Positions 35,567-45,736 of a stretch of 64,000 nucleotides of DNA are shown here, piece after piece. The notes beneath the pieces are model-generated. The model searched no databases. It worked only from the letters and a program-made list of their open reading frames with translations, and had not been told where the DNA came from. The first letter of the stretch is position 1. Every line of letters begins with the position of its first letter. The stretch lies in the IMG/VR virus record IMGVR_UViG_3300025141_000018; one strand, written 5' to 3'. The translations under genes were made by a program, and so were the position numbers. This DNA comes from a virus. Its lineage: Duplodnaviria > Caudoviricetes.

Positions 35567-36471
35567 TTCTTTTCCTTTGTTTTTTTGTTTTGATTCTTCT
35601 CTTGCAATACCTTTTGCAAATTATCTATAACATCTTTTGGTTCTACTTTAATTTCTGTAGGACTTAAACTTTGCATATTTGTATGTAGATTATGTCCTAT
35701 CATTGTCGGTGTTGTTGTGGTCCCCCAAACTACAACTCCTTTTTTACGATATTGACGTGCCGCGGCAAAATGATGTAAACTCGAATCAATAGCAAAAAAT
35801 GTTTCTGCTTTTTCAACTAAAGCCGCAAATACCATTGCATTCGTTTGAGCAGTTAATACTCGCTTTTGCATTTCGGCGGGAATCTGTACTGGTTCGTTTG
35901 GTAACGCATATAAGAAAAATTTATAATTTTTAAATTCTTCACCTAATGCAAGAATCATATCATAATAATTTTGTAAGTTTCTTCCTTGCGTCATTGCATT
36001 ATGTGTATAACCTTTATTTTGTACATAATGATTATCTGCTGGTTGCCCGCCGGTAACTTGTAGCATTATAAATTTTTCTTGAATAAACTTATCATATATA
36101 TTTTTTGCTTCGCCGATCCATTGTGGATTTATAAACATATCTGGTTGCATATCCATACCGGCAGTATCTAATTCAAAACCAAATAATCTAGCCCATTCTT
36201 TTACTATATGCCTATCACGTTTAGCATATTGTGATACATATGGTTCTCTAAAAATAATATCATCAAAATATTCTGCAATATCATGTCTTAAATCTCCACC
36301 TGTCCATTGTGGTGCTGAATTAATTTTTGGATGAAATTTAAATACTTCTGGAAATCCACATGCTATGGATATTTTATTATTATCTTGTTTTGCAAAAACA
36401 TCTATAAGAGAGGAAAATAACACACATTTACCTAAGCCGCCGTGTGCAACATAAAGATTAGTTTTTTTCAT
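35563..36471 (-). CDS. GT9 (heptosyltransferase)-like glycosyltransferase
   Basis: HGGLGKCVLFSSLI, FAIDSSLHHFAAA, VVVWG. Confidence 0.7.
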   Translation of the reverse strand: MKKTNLYVAHGGLGKCVLFSSLIDVFAKQDNNKISIACGFPEVFKFHPKINSAPQWTGGDLRHDIAEYFDDIIFREPYVSQYAKRDRHIVKEWARLFGFELDTAGMDMQPDMFINPQWIGEAKNIYDKFIQEKFIMLQVTGGQPADNHYVQNKGYTHNAMTQGRNLQNYYDMILALGEEFKNYKFFLYALPNEPVQIPAEMQKRVLTAQTNAMVFAALVEKAETFFAIDSSLHHFAAARQYRKKGVVVWGTTTTPTMIGHNLHTNMQSLSPTEIKVEPKDVIDNLQKVLQEKNQNKKTKEKK

Positions 36472-36797
36472 ATACTAGGATTAGGATTTTGGCCCTTTAT
36501 TAGACGTTCTATTTTTTTCCATAATTGATCATACATTTTTGACATATGTTCTATATCTTTAATTAATGATTTGTTTGTTTTTTTAAGTTCTTTTATTTTT
36601 TGAGATTGTTCGTTTAATGCATCAATTACCATTTCATTAGTAACAGTTTCTTTATCAATTTGATTTATTAACTCAGTTGCATTTCTGATTACAACACCAG
36701 TTTCGGCTTTACTTGATTTATATCTTAATACTAATAGATTAATTTGATTGTCATCTGCAACAGATAATAAGTCTTCTATCCATTTGGAATCGTTCAT
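36468..36797 (-). CDS. coiled-coil hypothetical protein
   Basis: 109-aa ORF with heptad pattern. Confidence 0.6.
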   Translation of the reverse strand: MNDSKWIEDLLSVADDNQINLLVLRYKSSKAETGVVIRNATELINQIDKETVTNEMVIDALNEQSQKIKELKKTNKSLIKDIEHMSKMYDQLWKKIERLIKGQNPNPSI

Positions 36798-36800
36798 ATA

Positions 36801-36829
36801 ATTATAACAAAAATATAGTAATTAGTCAA
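36801..36829 (-). promoter_or_regulatory. sigma70-like promoter for the GT operon
   Basis: TTGACT-N17-TATAAT. Confidence 0.55.
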
Positions 36830-39800
36830 CTTCTTTGTTAGGCGGTATGTACCAGGTTAATTCGTCAATTTTTGCTTTTAACTCTTGTATTTTACTAGTT
36901 TGAGCATTAATAGCATTGACCAACAACGGAATTACTTTTTCATATTTAATTGTTAAGTAATCTTCACCTGATTTTGAACTACCATCTTCAGCAATATCAA
37001 ACGGTGCTGGTACTACTACTTCTGGTAATATTTTTTGTACTTCTTGTGCTATTAAACCAACTTGTCGTTTATCAGAATCATATCCAAATAACTTTGCTTC
37101 GTCGTTATTTTTATAATATACGCCTGATATTTCCTTTAATACATCGGCGGCATCTTTACCTTCAACATCTTGTCCCGGACCATCAGGTTCAATTTCTTTT
37201 AATCGTCTATCAGAATAGTATGCTGTAATTTCGCTTGTTGCACGAACTTCTCCGTTTACTGTCAACACTCCACTTGCAAGTGCCATCAAATCAGTATCAG
37301 AAGTATGTCCAATATTAGTACTGTCAATTTTAACATTATCTACCGTTAATGCAGTCAATGTTCCTACTGATGTAATCTGGGTCTGTGCCGCATTTACACT
37401 TAAAGTATTCGTTGATAATGTTAAGCCTGTCCCTGCACTAAGAGCAGTCTTAGACATCGCTAATCCAGATATAGTAGTAGCATTTCCAGAGGAAGTTACA
37501 TCACCGGTTAGGTTTGCATTCGTTACAACAGTTGCCGCATTGCCTACACTTGTTACCCCACCTGTTAGATTTGCGTTTGTTACAACAGTTGCCGCATTAC
37601 CTACACTTGTTACCCCACCTGTTAGATTTGCGTTTGTTACAACAGTTGCCGCATTGCCTACACTTGTTACCCCACCTGTTAAGTTAGCATTAGTTGTGAC
37701 TGTATCTGCATTTCCAGTTAAATCTCCTGTTACATTTCCTTCAAGATGTGCAACGATTGTTCCTTTTACTCCAGAGGCAACCTCTGAGGTTAATGTTGCA
37801 TCTGGTATGAAAATAAGTTTACTAGTAGAATCATCATATCCAAGAAATGCAGTTTTTGCGGCTGATCCATTGTGATACTGCATTGCAAGACCAACATCTT
37901 TATTTGTATCAGCGGCTAACGCACCTCCACCGGAAGCAGTTTGGAGATGAATAATTGGATCGACCACTGTCATTGTTGTACTATCTATTGTGTAATTTGT
38001 TCCTGATACTGTAAAATCGCCAGTTACTGTTAAATCTTGAGATACAGAAACATTTCCGGTTGCATCGATTGCAATAGCATCAGTATCAGAAGCGGAACCT
38101 ATGGTTCCAGCATCCTTTATTACAATATTTCCGCCAAAATATCCATCACATGCTACACTAAGTCCGCCATCTGATTGTAACGCACCATTAGTTGTAGATG
38201 TTGCATTTGTAGTATCATCTGTAAGTATTCTTCCTGTTGCGGTAATAGTTGTTCCACTGAATATTGCTTTAGCGGAACTTATACCACCATCAGTTTGTAT
38301 TGAACCATCTGTACCACTTGTTGCATCTGTTGTGTCATCACTAAGTATTCTGCCAGTTGCAGTAATGGTTGTTCCACCGAATATTGCTTTAGCAGAACTT
38401 ATTCCGCCATCTGTTTGCAATGCACCATCTGTTCCACTTGTTGCATCTGTTGTGCTATCGCTAATTATCCGACCAGTTGCAGTTATTTTACCTGCGGCAA
38501 ATACATCACATGCGGCACTTATACCACCATCTGTTTGCAATGCACCATCAGTTCCGGTTGTTGCATTTGTTGTGCTATCGCTAATTATCCGACCAGTTGC
38601 AGTTATTTTACCTGCGGCAAATACATCACATGCGGCACTTAATCCGCCATCTGTTTGCAATGCACCATCAGTTCCGGTTGTTGCATTTGTTGTATCATTT
38701 GTAAGTATTCGACCAGTTGCAGTTATTTTACCTGCGGCAAATACATCACATGCGGCACTTATACCACCATCAGTTTGTATTGATCCATCTGTTCCAGTTG
38801 TTGCATTTGTTGTGCTATCGCTAATTATTTTGCCAGTGACTGTTACTTGTCCGCCAATATATCCATCACATACTACACTAAGTCCACCGTCAGTTTGTAT
38901 TGATCCATCTGTTGTGTCTGTTGCGTTTGTTGTGCTATCACTAAGTAATCTGCCAGTTGCGGTTATCTTACCTGCGGCAAATACATCACATACTACACTA
39001 AGTCCACCGTCAGTTTGTATTGATCCATCTGTTCCAGTTGTTGCATTTGTTGTGCTATCACTAATTATTCGACTACCACCTACAATACAAGAAGTTGCAG
39101 TAATAAGTCCGGTTTGATCAATACATAATTGCTTAGTACCAGCAGTATAAAATTCTAAATCATCGGAATCTGATGATACCTCAGCACAAATATATGTGTC
39201 CTGATCAATATCAATTAATCCACCGAGGGAGCCCCAAGCAGATCCACTATAACCTTCAAATGAGCTTGTTGTAGTATTGTATCTTACTCCGCCTTGTGTC
39301 GGTGATGCATCTCGTTCAACAGTTGTACCAACCGGTAATACCAATGAATTAGTACCTTCAACAACTACGTTTCCAGTACCGTTTGGATCAAGATTTATAT
39401 TACCATCTGTATCTGTACTTTGTATATCGTTTAAATTAGTAGGATCAAATTGTACATTCGTAGCGGTATCGCCAGCACCTGATTCTGGAACTCCTGTGTT
39501 ACCAGTATAACGTGATCCTTTAACATATATCTTTTTACCACTTAATGCACCCGGTATACTTGTACCAATAAAGTTTAAAACACCTGCATCATAATCAAAA
39601 AACCATTCGTAGCCTGATTCACCACCAAGTAATTGTGTACCGCCTGTTTCTGGATCTGTTTGTCCAGCATCGTCGGCGTATACTTTTACTAAGTAAGTGG
39701 ATCCATACGAAGTATCAATCCAATCTGTTAAACCTGTTTTCCATGATCTTTGTGATGTTGCAGTTGCATCTTCTGTACATTCAACAGTTGCACTTGAACT

Positions 39801-40019
39801 TCCACCATCTGAATATACAGTAACAACACCGGCAGTAGCACTTGGTTGAACACCAGGAATGTCTCCAGATTGTGCCCATATTACTGAGCTATTAATTCTT
39901 GATACGGCAGGAATGGCCTCGTTAGGTCCACCTTTAACAGAAGATATATCTGTTTTCGCGGCTTTAAATCCGAGCTTCTTCCATAAAAAGTCTATCTTTT
40001 GATCACTTGTAATTGCCAT
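36822..40019 (-). CDS. repeat-rich tail fibre with a C-terminal peptidase S74 intramolecular chaperone
   Basis: YSDRRLKEIE...GLIAQEV...YEKVIPLLVNAI; Mtd-N-like LPVGTTVER..GGVRYN; 40-aa and 19-aa repeats. Confidence 0.85.
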   Translation of the reverse strand: MAITSDQKIDFLWKKLGFKAAKTDISSVKGGPNEAIPAVSRINSSVIWAQSGDIPGVQPSATAGVVTVYSDGGSSSATVECTEDATATSQRSWKTGLTDWIDTSYGSTYLVKVYADDAGQTDPETGGTQLLGGESGYEWFFDYDAGVLNFIGTSIPGALSGKKIYVKGSRYTGNTGVPESGAGDTATNVQFDPTNLNDIQSTDTDGNINLDPNGTGNVVVEGTNSLVLPVGTTVERDASPTQGGVRYNTTTSSFEGYSGSAWGSLGGLIDIDQDTYICAEVSSDSDDLEFYTAGTKQLCIDQTGLITATSCIVGGSRIISDSTTNATTGTDGSIQTDGGLSVVCDVFAAGKITATGRLLSDSTTNATDTTDGSIQTDGGLSVVCDGYIGGQVTVTGKIISDSTTNATTGTDGSIQTDGGISAACDVFAAGKITATGRILTNDTTNATTGTDGALQTDGGLSAACDVFAAGKITATGRIISDSTTNATTGTDGALQTDGGISAACDVFAAGKITATGRIISDSTTDATSGTDGALQTDGGISSAKAIFGGTTITATGRILSDDTTDATSGTDGSIQTDGGISSAKAIFSGTTITATGRILTDDTTNATSTTNGALQSDGGLSVACDGYFGGNIVIKDAGTIGSASDTDAIAIDATGNVSVSQDLTVTGDFTVSGTNYTIDSTTMTVVDPIIHLQTASGGGALAADTNKDVGLAMQYHNGSAAKTAFLGYDDSTSKLIFIPDATLTSEVASGVKGTIVAHLEGNVTGDLTGNADTVTTNANLTGGVTSVGNAATVVTNANLTGGVTSVGNAATVVTNANLTGGVTSVGNAATVVTNANLTGDVTSSGNATTISGLAMSKTALSAGTGLTLSTNTLSVNAAQTQITSVGTLTALTVDNVKIDSTNIGHTSDTDLMALASGVLTVNGEVRATSEITAYYSDRRLKEIEPDGPGQDVEGKDAADVLKEISGVYYKNNDEAKLFGYDSDKRQVGLIAQEVQKILPEVVVPAPFDIAEDGSSKSGEDYLTIKYEKVIPLLVNAINAQTSKIQELKAKIDELTWYIPPNKEVD
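37504..37731. repeat. 57-bp coding tandem repeat (VVTNANLTGGVTSVGNAAT)
   Basis: Units start at 37504, 37561, 37618 and 37675. Confidence 0.9.
38112..39071. repeat. 120-bp coding tandem repeat, 8 copies
   Basis: Consensus RIISDSTTNATTGTDGSIQTDGG.S..CD.FAAGKITATG. Confidence 0.9.
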
Positions 40020-40029
40020 TCATGTTTCC

Positions 40030-43000
40030 TTAACTAAAGCTCAAACTATCTATATAATCACCACTTGCTAATTTAATATTAAAAAACAAGAGATTATTAT
40101 ATGTATTACTTAAATTCGCAGTTCCTAAGGTCATAGTAAATGTTGAGTTTACTGCTGACCCAGTTGTTACTTTATTAGAGTTACCCGAAGCAACTCCATC
40201 ACTTCCATTTCCGCCTGCACCTGTGTTTGATCCTGGCATACCAGCACCACCATATGTAGCCGTACAATCTAACCAGCCACCTAATCCACTTGATGCGTCT
40301 GTTGTCTCGCCCGGTAATGCAATCCAAAATCCACTAATTTTTCCATTTAATAAAATATCAAAACTTGAAACAACCGAACGTTTAAATGCTCCTCTAAAAT
40401 ATTGAGCACCTGATCGTCCTGTGTTCAAATCTGGACCTGCGGGTAAATATCCTGATGATAAATCAGTTGAAAAATGCTTTAATTGTCCCCATCTTGCAAC
40501 GGCTTCATCTGTACCTGCAATAGTTTGTGTACCTGTCCATGCATTACTTGCATAATAATCAGTTGAACTACTATAAGTTGGATTATCACCAGCGGCAGAT
40601 GCAATTACTATACGTTTTGCATCACCCGATCCAGTACCTAAAGTTGTTATAGTAATATCTTCTTCGTCGAATCCGCTAATTGAAGTTCCTTTCAAGTTTA
40701 TCTTTGTTGTAAATGTGCTATATCCACCTTCACCGTTAATATTTGATAAATTTGCTTTAACTGTTCCAACGGCATTAACTGAGCCATTAACACTAAAAGT
40801 AATATCTCCTAATGTATATTTACTTCCGCTTGCTTTACCTGTATCAGCAACCGGATTGCCTCCATTTAAAAATGTACTTGATCCATCAATATTTGCGTAT
40901 GTTTTTGTTTGTGTCGATATGATACTTCCAGATGTACTCTCATCGTTTGATGCATGTTCAATACTAAACGGAGTTGAAGTATCTTGATATGTTTGTCCTA
41001 TCCAATCGTATGCTTTAACAGTACCTAATGTTACTGTGGCACCTGTTGTATAATACGGAATACCACTAATATATGCTAAGGTTCCGGCTCCTGCTTGTGT
41101 TACTGTTGATGCTGATATATCTAAACTTGGTGTTGATGTTACATCATCTTTAACAAATTCAATCTCTGGTGTTGCACCTGTAACAGTATGGCAAATCTGG
41201 TAACTATTAAGACCAACACTAACTGCACTTGCTGTTTTAGAAACTTTTGCTTTAAACACTCTATAAAAATTACTTGGATAAATTTTGCTTGAACCTGATA
41301 CACCTACACCTGTTGCACTAACTGTATTTGCATCAATATCTTCAGTAATACACATTGAACTTGTTAAACCTGAATTATCACTAGCAGTAAAAGTAATTGC
41401 ACCATCTGCGGATCCATTAACCAATGCACAAACTGCACCTGCGGCTGAATTATATGCATAAGAGCTAATTATATCTGAGTCGATTGTTCCGCCAGTATCT
41501 GTTGTTCTATCAACTGCTGAACCTGCCGATAATGTAGCACCGCCAGTATTGTCTGTAAATCCATGTGCTAACTTAGGACTTGTTCCAGTATCTTCACCTG
41601 TAAAACCTATTGTTTTAGCACTTAATCCGGCTGGTGCGGCAGGCGTTGCTAAAATATCCATAGTAAAGTTTTCAGTATCATCAGTAGCATTTAAACTTAA
41701 TGTTGGATTATATGCTAATAAATTACCATTATATGTTCCTGTTCCTACTGATGTATAATCATGTGTAATGTTAGTTCCTACATCACCTGGATTACTACTA
41801 CCGTGGGCCATGCAATCAAGAGCTGAACTATCGCCCCAATTATATTCATAGCATGTAGCATTTTGTGATGTATTAGCGGCACATCCTAACGCATAATTAA
41901 GTCCATCATATCCAGTTACAGCATATCCTCTAACGTTGCTTGCATTATCAATACCTGTTGATTCGTTTTGGAATATTACTGCTACATTAGATCTTGGATC
42001 TGGCTTAATTGTTATTGTACATGCCGATGTTACAAACGGACTGCTTGTGTGTCCGTTATATGCTTGCAAGCATACATCACGTGTTACTGTGGTACCTGAG
42101 GCTTGTTCACCTGTTGTTAAATCAAAAGTATGTGCAACGGCAACATTATAATCGCCTGCTCCACCGCCTCCTGCGGCAACTTCGCATGTTGAACCATCAT
42201 CAAATGTCCACTTCCAACAGTTTCCTGCACCAAAATTACTTGCAGATCCTAGTGTATCAACAGTACCTGTAAAGTTAACAACTAAACCACTTGTTGCTTC
42301 TTCATTATTTCCACTATTAACATCACTTGTAAATGCTGGTGTTTGTGAACTCCAAACACATACACATTTAACTTCGCTAAGTGGAAGTACTGACGGGTTA
42401 GTTGTGCTATGATTATCCATTCTCAAACATACTGAATAACGTGTATCTGCATCTGGTGAATTTGTCCATGTGTGTGCTAATCCTGCACCATCTCGTCCAC
42501 CTGCGGCGGCATCAGTTGCAATACATGCATCGGAACTATCACCCCAAAATATTGTATAATCAGCAGTATTACCATATGAAGTTGTAGCACCTGTTTCTGT
42601 TGATGTATTGCATATGCAAGCGGCTGAAGCACTATCCCAGCCAGCAGTTGTAACATTTGCCGGATTTCCATCATACATTGCCCATTCAATATCCGGAGTT
42701 GGAGTAGCAATTAACATATAATCTGTACAATCTAATGTTATTTCTGAACCATAACCTATACCACTTGTATGCTTTGCAGTTGCACAAACTGTATTACATC
42801 CTACTGCACCCGATCCATATGTTTTTGAAACTGTACATGAACCATCACACGATACACTTGTTAATTTGCAATCCGAAGTTCCGTCACCCCAGTCGATATC
42901 AATACATGATGGATTACCCATCCAGCAAAATGTAAAAGCAATAGCGGTATTAGCACTTGAAATACATTGTCCTGCATCATAATCCGAATCTGTACTCCAA

Positions 43001-44607
43001 GATATATCTCTAACATAAGTATCTCGTCTTACATTTAATATTGTATCGTTTAAAATATGAATTGCGTCTGCTAAACCATCTGTGTTTTCAAGACATACAC
43101 TAGCACCTTCTCGTGTTCCGCTATATCCAGATGTTAATTGTGGTGTTCTGTGGAATACACCTGCATATCCGGCCGGTGTACCAATAGCACTACCAGACCC
43201 TGACGAATCAGTTATTACATTAGCGACACATAAATCAGCAAGTGCCGTTCCAAGTTTTAATTCAAATTTATCAGTTGTTTCGTTCCATGTAATATGTGCA
43301 TTATCATCAGTTCCACGTTCAATTTCAAGTCCTGCATTTTCTGATGGTGTTCCTGTTTCGTCGGCATTTAATGTCATAATTGCATCGCCAATCAGCACAC
43401 AATTTGAACATACCGCAGTTTGCGTTCCTGCTACTGTTAAACTACCACCTATATGAACATCGCATCCTACACCTAAACCACCTGTTACAATAACTGCACC
43501 ACTTGAAGCAGATGTTGAATTTGTTGTATCTGTTACACAAGTTGCACCAGAAACATCTGCGTCACCTGTTACTGATAAACGTGATGCTGAAAACGTTAAG
43601 TTTGAACTATCTTCTACTTCACCATTTGTTCCTGCTAATGCAATTCTTCCTGTTGTTAAATCACATACTTGTAAACTACTTGCTATACCACATGCTAATG
43701 TTGCGGTACCTGTAGTATTAATAGTATCTGCACAAATATCATCAATATATGCATCTTCCCATCTCTTAGTGGTAGCACCTAAATTATATGTATCACTTGC
43801 ATTAGGAATAATATGAGAATGTACATCCGCACCAATTGTTAATTCATCTGTATCTGCATCACCTAAAGTAATATTACCGCTGGCAGTAATATTTGCACCA
43901 ATAATATTACCAGTTGCATTTATATTTCCACCAACACATACATCACATGCTACACCAAGACCACCTTTTACTTGTAATGCTCCTGTGGTAGTACTTGTTG
44001 AATTTGTTACATCACAAAAAATACCAGTACAAGCATCTACATCATCAATAAATCCATCTTCCCATCGTTGTGTAACAGAACCTAAATTATATGTATCACT
44101 TGCATTAGGAATAATATGAGATGTAATATCACCACTAACAGTAATATCATCTGCGGCTGTATCACCTAAAGTAACATCACCGCTAAGTTGTACGCCATCA
44201 GCAAACACTTTATTAAATGCTTGTGTTGAACTACCTAAACAAACAGTACTTTCAAAGGTTAAATCAAAACATGCTCCTGTACCAGTTCCACCTGCGGTTG
44301 CGTTTCCAGTTGTAGTTGTTGGCTTAACATCATAGATGCCAGCACATTTAATAGCGGCAGTTTGGATAATTCCACTACCGTCAACAGTTTGTACACAGAT
44401 TGTTCCTACTTCCGATCCTGATGCAGTGGTTGCGCCAGTATTGTCTACGCAGATAATATCGTTTGCGGTGTATCCTGTTCCTGCGGTATTAATCGAAATA
44501 GCGGTAAGATTGAGTGAAGCAAGTAGATTACCCCTAAGGTACCCGCCTGCCTTTGCTAATTTTTTCTTTTCAAGTTTGTTAATTAACCCGGTATTAATTA
44601 TGCTCAT
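40030..44607 (-). CDS. large Cys-rich virion protein with beta-repeat stalk and PKD-like domains
   Basis: IDWGDG, IFWGDS, WTFDDG and YNWGDS PKD-like motifs; about 44 Cys in 1525 aa; late box at 44635-44641. Confidence 0.8.
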   Translation of the reverse strand: MSIINTGLINKLEKKKLAKAGGYLRGNLLASLNLTAISINTAGTGYTANDIICVDNTGATTASGSEVGTICVQTVDGSGIIQTAAIKCAGIYDVKPTTTTGNATAGGTGTGACFDLTFESTVCLGSSTQAFNKVFADGVQLSGDVTLGDTAADDITVSGDITSHIIPNASDTYNLGSVTQRWEDGFIDDVDACTGIFCDVTNSTSTTTGALQVKGGLGVACDVCVGGNINATGNIIGANITASGNITLGDADTDELTIGADVHSHIIPNASDTYNLGATTKRWEDAYIDDICADTINTTGTATLACGIASSLQVCDLTTGRIALAGTNGEVEDSSNLTFSASRLSVTGDADVSGATCVTDTTNSTSASSGAVIVTGGLGVGCDVHIGGSLTVAGTQTAVCSNCVLIGDAIMTLNADETGTPSENAGLEIERGTDDNAHITWNETTDKFELKLGTALADLCVANVITDSSGSGSAIGTPAGYAGVFHRTPQLTSGYSGTREGASVCLENTDGLADAIHILNDTILNVRRDTYVRDISWSTDSDYDAGQCISSANTAIAFTFCWMGNPSCIDIDWGDGTSDCKLTSVSCDGSCTVSKTYGSGAVGCNTVCATAKHTSGIGYGSEITLDCTDYMLIATPTPDIEWAMYDGNPANVTTAGWDSASAACICNTSTETGATTSYGNTADYTIFWGDSSDACIATDAAAGGRDGAGLAHTWTNSPDADTRYSVCLRMDNHSTTNPSVLPLSEVKCVCVWSSQTPAFTSDVNSGNNEEATSGLVVNFTGTVDTLGSASNFGAGNCWKWTFDDGSTCEVAAGGGGAGDYNVAVAHTFDLTTGEQASGTTVTRDVCLQAYNGHTSSPFVTSACTITIKPDPRSNVAVIFQNESTGIDNASNVRGYAVTGYDGLNYALGCAANTSQNATCYEYNWGDSSALDCMAHGSSNPGDVGTNITHDYTSVGTGTYNGNLLAYNPTLSLNATDDTENFTMDILATPAAPAGLSAKTIGFTGEDTGTSPKLAHGFTDNTGGATLSAGSAVDRTTDTGGTIDSDIISSYAYNSAAGAVCALVNGSADGAITFTASDNSGLTSSMCITEDIDANTVSATGVGVSGSSKIYPSNFYRVFKAKVSKTASAVSVGLNSYQICHTVTGATPEIEFVKDDVTSTPSLDISASTVTQAGAGTLAYISGIPYYTTGATVTLGTVKAYDWIGQTYQDTSTPFSIEHASNDESTSGSIISTQTKTYANIDGSSTFLNGGNPVADTGKASGSKYTLGDITFSVNGSVNAVGTVKANLSNINGEGGYSTFTTKINLKGTSISGFDEEDITITTLGTGSGDAKRIVIASAAGDNPTYSSSTDYYASNAWTGTQTIAGTDEAVARWGQLKHFSTDLSSGYLPAGPDLNTGRSGAQYFRGAFKRSVVSSFDILLNGKISGFWIALPGETTDASSGLGGWLDCTATYGGAGMPGSNTGAGGNGSDGVASGNSNKVTTGSAVNSTFTMTLGTANLSNTYNNLLFFNIKLASGDYIDSLSFS

Positions 44608-44644
44608 TTAACTTCCAATACACCTTTGTAGTAATATTTATTTG

Positions 44645-45070
44645 TCATATTTTAGTCCATGTTGTACATACTAACTGATCATCTACGTTATATGTCAAAC
44701 ATTGAGTAAAAAGTTTTGTTGATCCATTTGTGTCATAGTAATCAACTATGTTTAAATTATCGTTGCTATCATAACATAAACATTGCATGTTTCCGGTTAC
44801 ATAACAAACTTTCTCCATTAAGTCACTGGCATTATATACCATACAAGATACATTAGTTTCATTTAATGCCGAATCTAATCTATTTGCTACCCGTACCCAA
44901 TTATCATCATAATATGTTTCTAAAGAACATATTGTTGAGTTATATCTCAAAAGTCCATCTACTGGTGTTCCATCACGTTGTGCAGTTGTTCCAACCGAAA
45001 CTTTAATGGAACCAGTTCCATCGAATCTTGGGTTTTCAGACATTAGTGATGTTGGTACTCTTGTTGTCAT
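44645..45070 (-). CDS. small Cys-rich virion protein with an Mtd-N-like domain
   Basis: VSVGTTAQR..GLLRYNS; 7 Cys in 141 aa. Confidence 0.7.
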   Translation of the reverse strand: MTTRVPTSLMSENPRFDGTGSIKVSVGTTAQRDGTPVDGLLRYNSTICSLETYYDDNWVRVANRLDSALNETNVSCMVYNASDLMEKVCYVTGNMQCLCYDSNDNLNIVDYYDTNGSTKLFTQCLTYNVDDQLVCTTWTKI

Positions 45071-45080
45071 AAAAAAATCC

Positions 45081-45347
45081 TTATAATACTACATGTATTC
45101 TTGCTACTATGTCAACACTTAATGGTGGAGCAGTTACAAAAATAATTGTTTGTGTACTATTATTAAAAGTATAATCTGTTGTCGGTTTTTGTAAAACACC
45201 TGATAATTGCACCATTAAATCTTTCGCATCAACGCTTCTTTCACTGGCTGGAAAGTTGCTTAACGCATAATCGGTTAGGCTCCCGTCCCCAACGAACGTC
45301 CACATCATAAGATCTGAATTTATTAATGGTTGGCCAATGTATGACAT
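45081..45347 (-). CDS. small structural protein (beta-sandwich adaptor)
   Basis: MSYIGQP, FVGDGSLTDYAL, GVLQKP..DYTF, FVTAPP. Confidence 0.7.
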   Translation of the reverse strand: MSYIGQPLINSDLMMWTFVGDGSLTDYALSNFPASERSVDAKDLMVQLSGVLQKPTTDYTFNNSTQTIIFVTAPPLSVDIVARIHVVL

Positions 45348-45370
45348 AAAATTCCCTTGTTATATAATAT

Positions 45371-45700
45371 TTAGCTGAGTTCTAAAACACTCATTACAAC
45401 GTCACAATCCGTACTTGAACTTTGCAATTTCAAACTATCATTCGGTTCTAAATTTACTACTTTATCGACAACTAATGTTGTATTTTTAAAAACAGTAATA
45501 TCCTTCATGATATATTTGTCGGTAGCCGCACTTGCATCATGCAAGACAAGACTAACAACAATACCACCGGTTATTAATTTATTTGAAATATATATTGCAT
45601 GAACAATGGAGCCATTTATACTCGCACCTGCGGTATATAGGGTTTCTAATGTGTCTGCGGTAGTAATTGTAGTTGATGTATTTTTAAATGCAATAGCCAT
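45371..45700 (-). CDS. small structural protein
   Basis: MAIAFKN...LYTA...KVVNLEPNDSLKLQSS...MSVLE; late box at 45730-45736. Confidence 0.7.
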   Translation of the reverse strand: MAIAFKNTSTTITTADTLETLYTAGASINGSIVHAIYISNKLITGGIVVSLVLHDASAATDKYIMKDITVFKNTTLVVDKVVNLEPNDSLKLQSSSTDCDVVMSVLELS

Positions 45701-45736
45701 TAGGCAACGTCCATAAAATCTATTTTAGATATTTAT

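Noticed and set aside
37504-39071. Tandem repeats as a CRISPR or TIGR-like guide array
   Set aside because: Units are multiples of 3, lie in frame in a fibre gene, and have no unique spacers; no cas or Nop-domain gene is visible
38101-39117. 338-aa plus-strand ORF, and similar antisense ORFs (e.g. 8617-9162, 13745-14065, 56025-56411, 61085-61519)
   Set aside because: They are shadows of repetitive or biased minus-strand genes, with no RBS or motif support
45700-45716. Four-codon uORF (ATG GAC GTT GCC TAA) overlapping the next ATG
   Set aside because: Too short to distinguish from chance in AT-rich DNA
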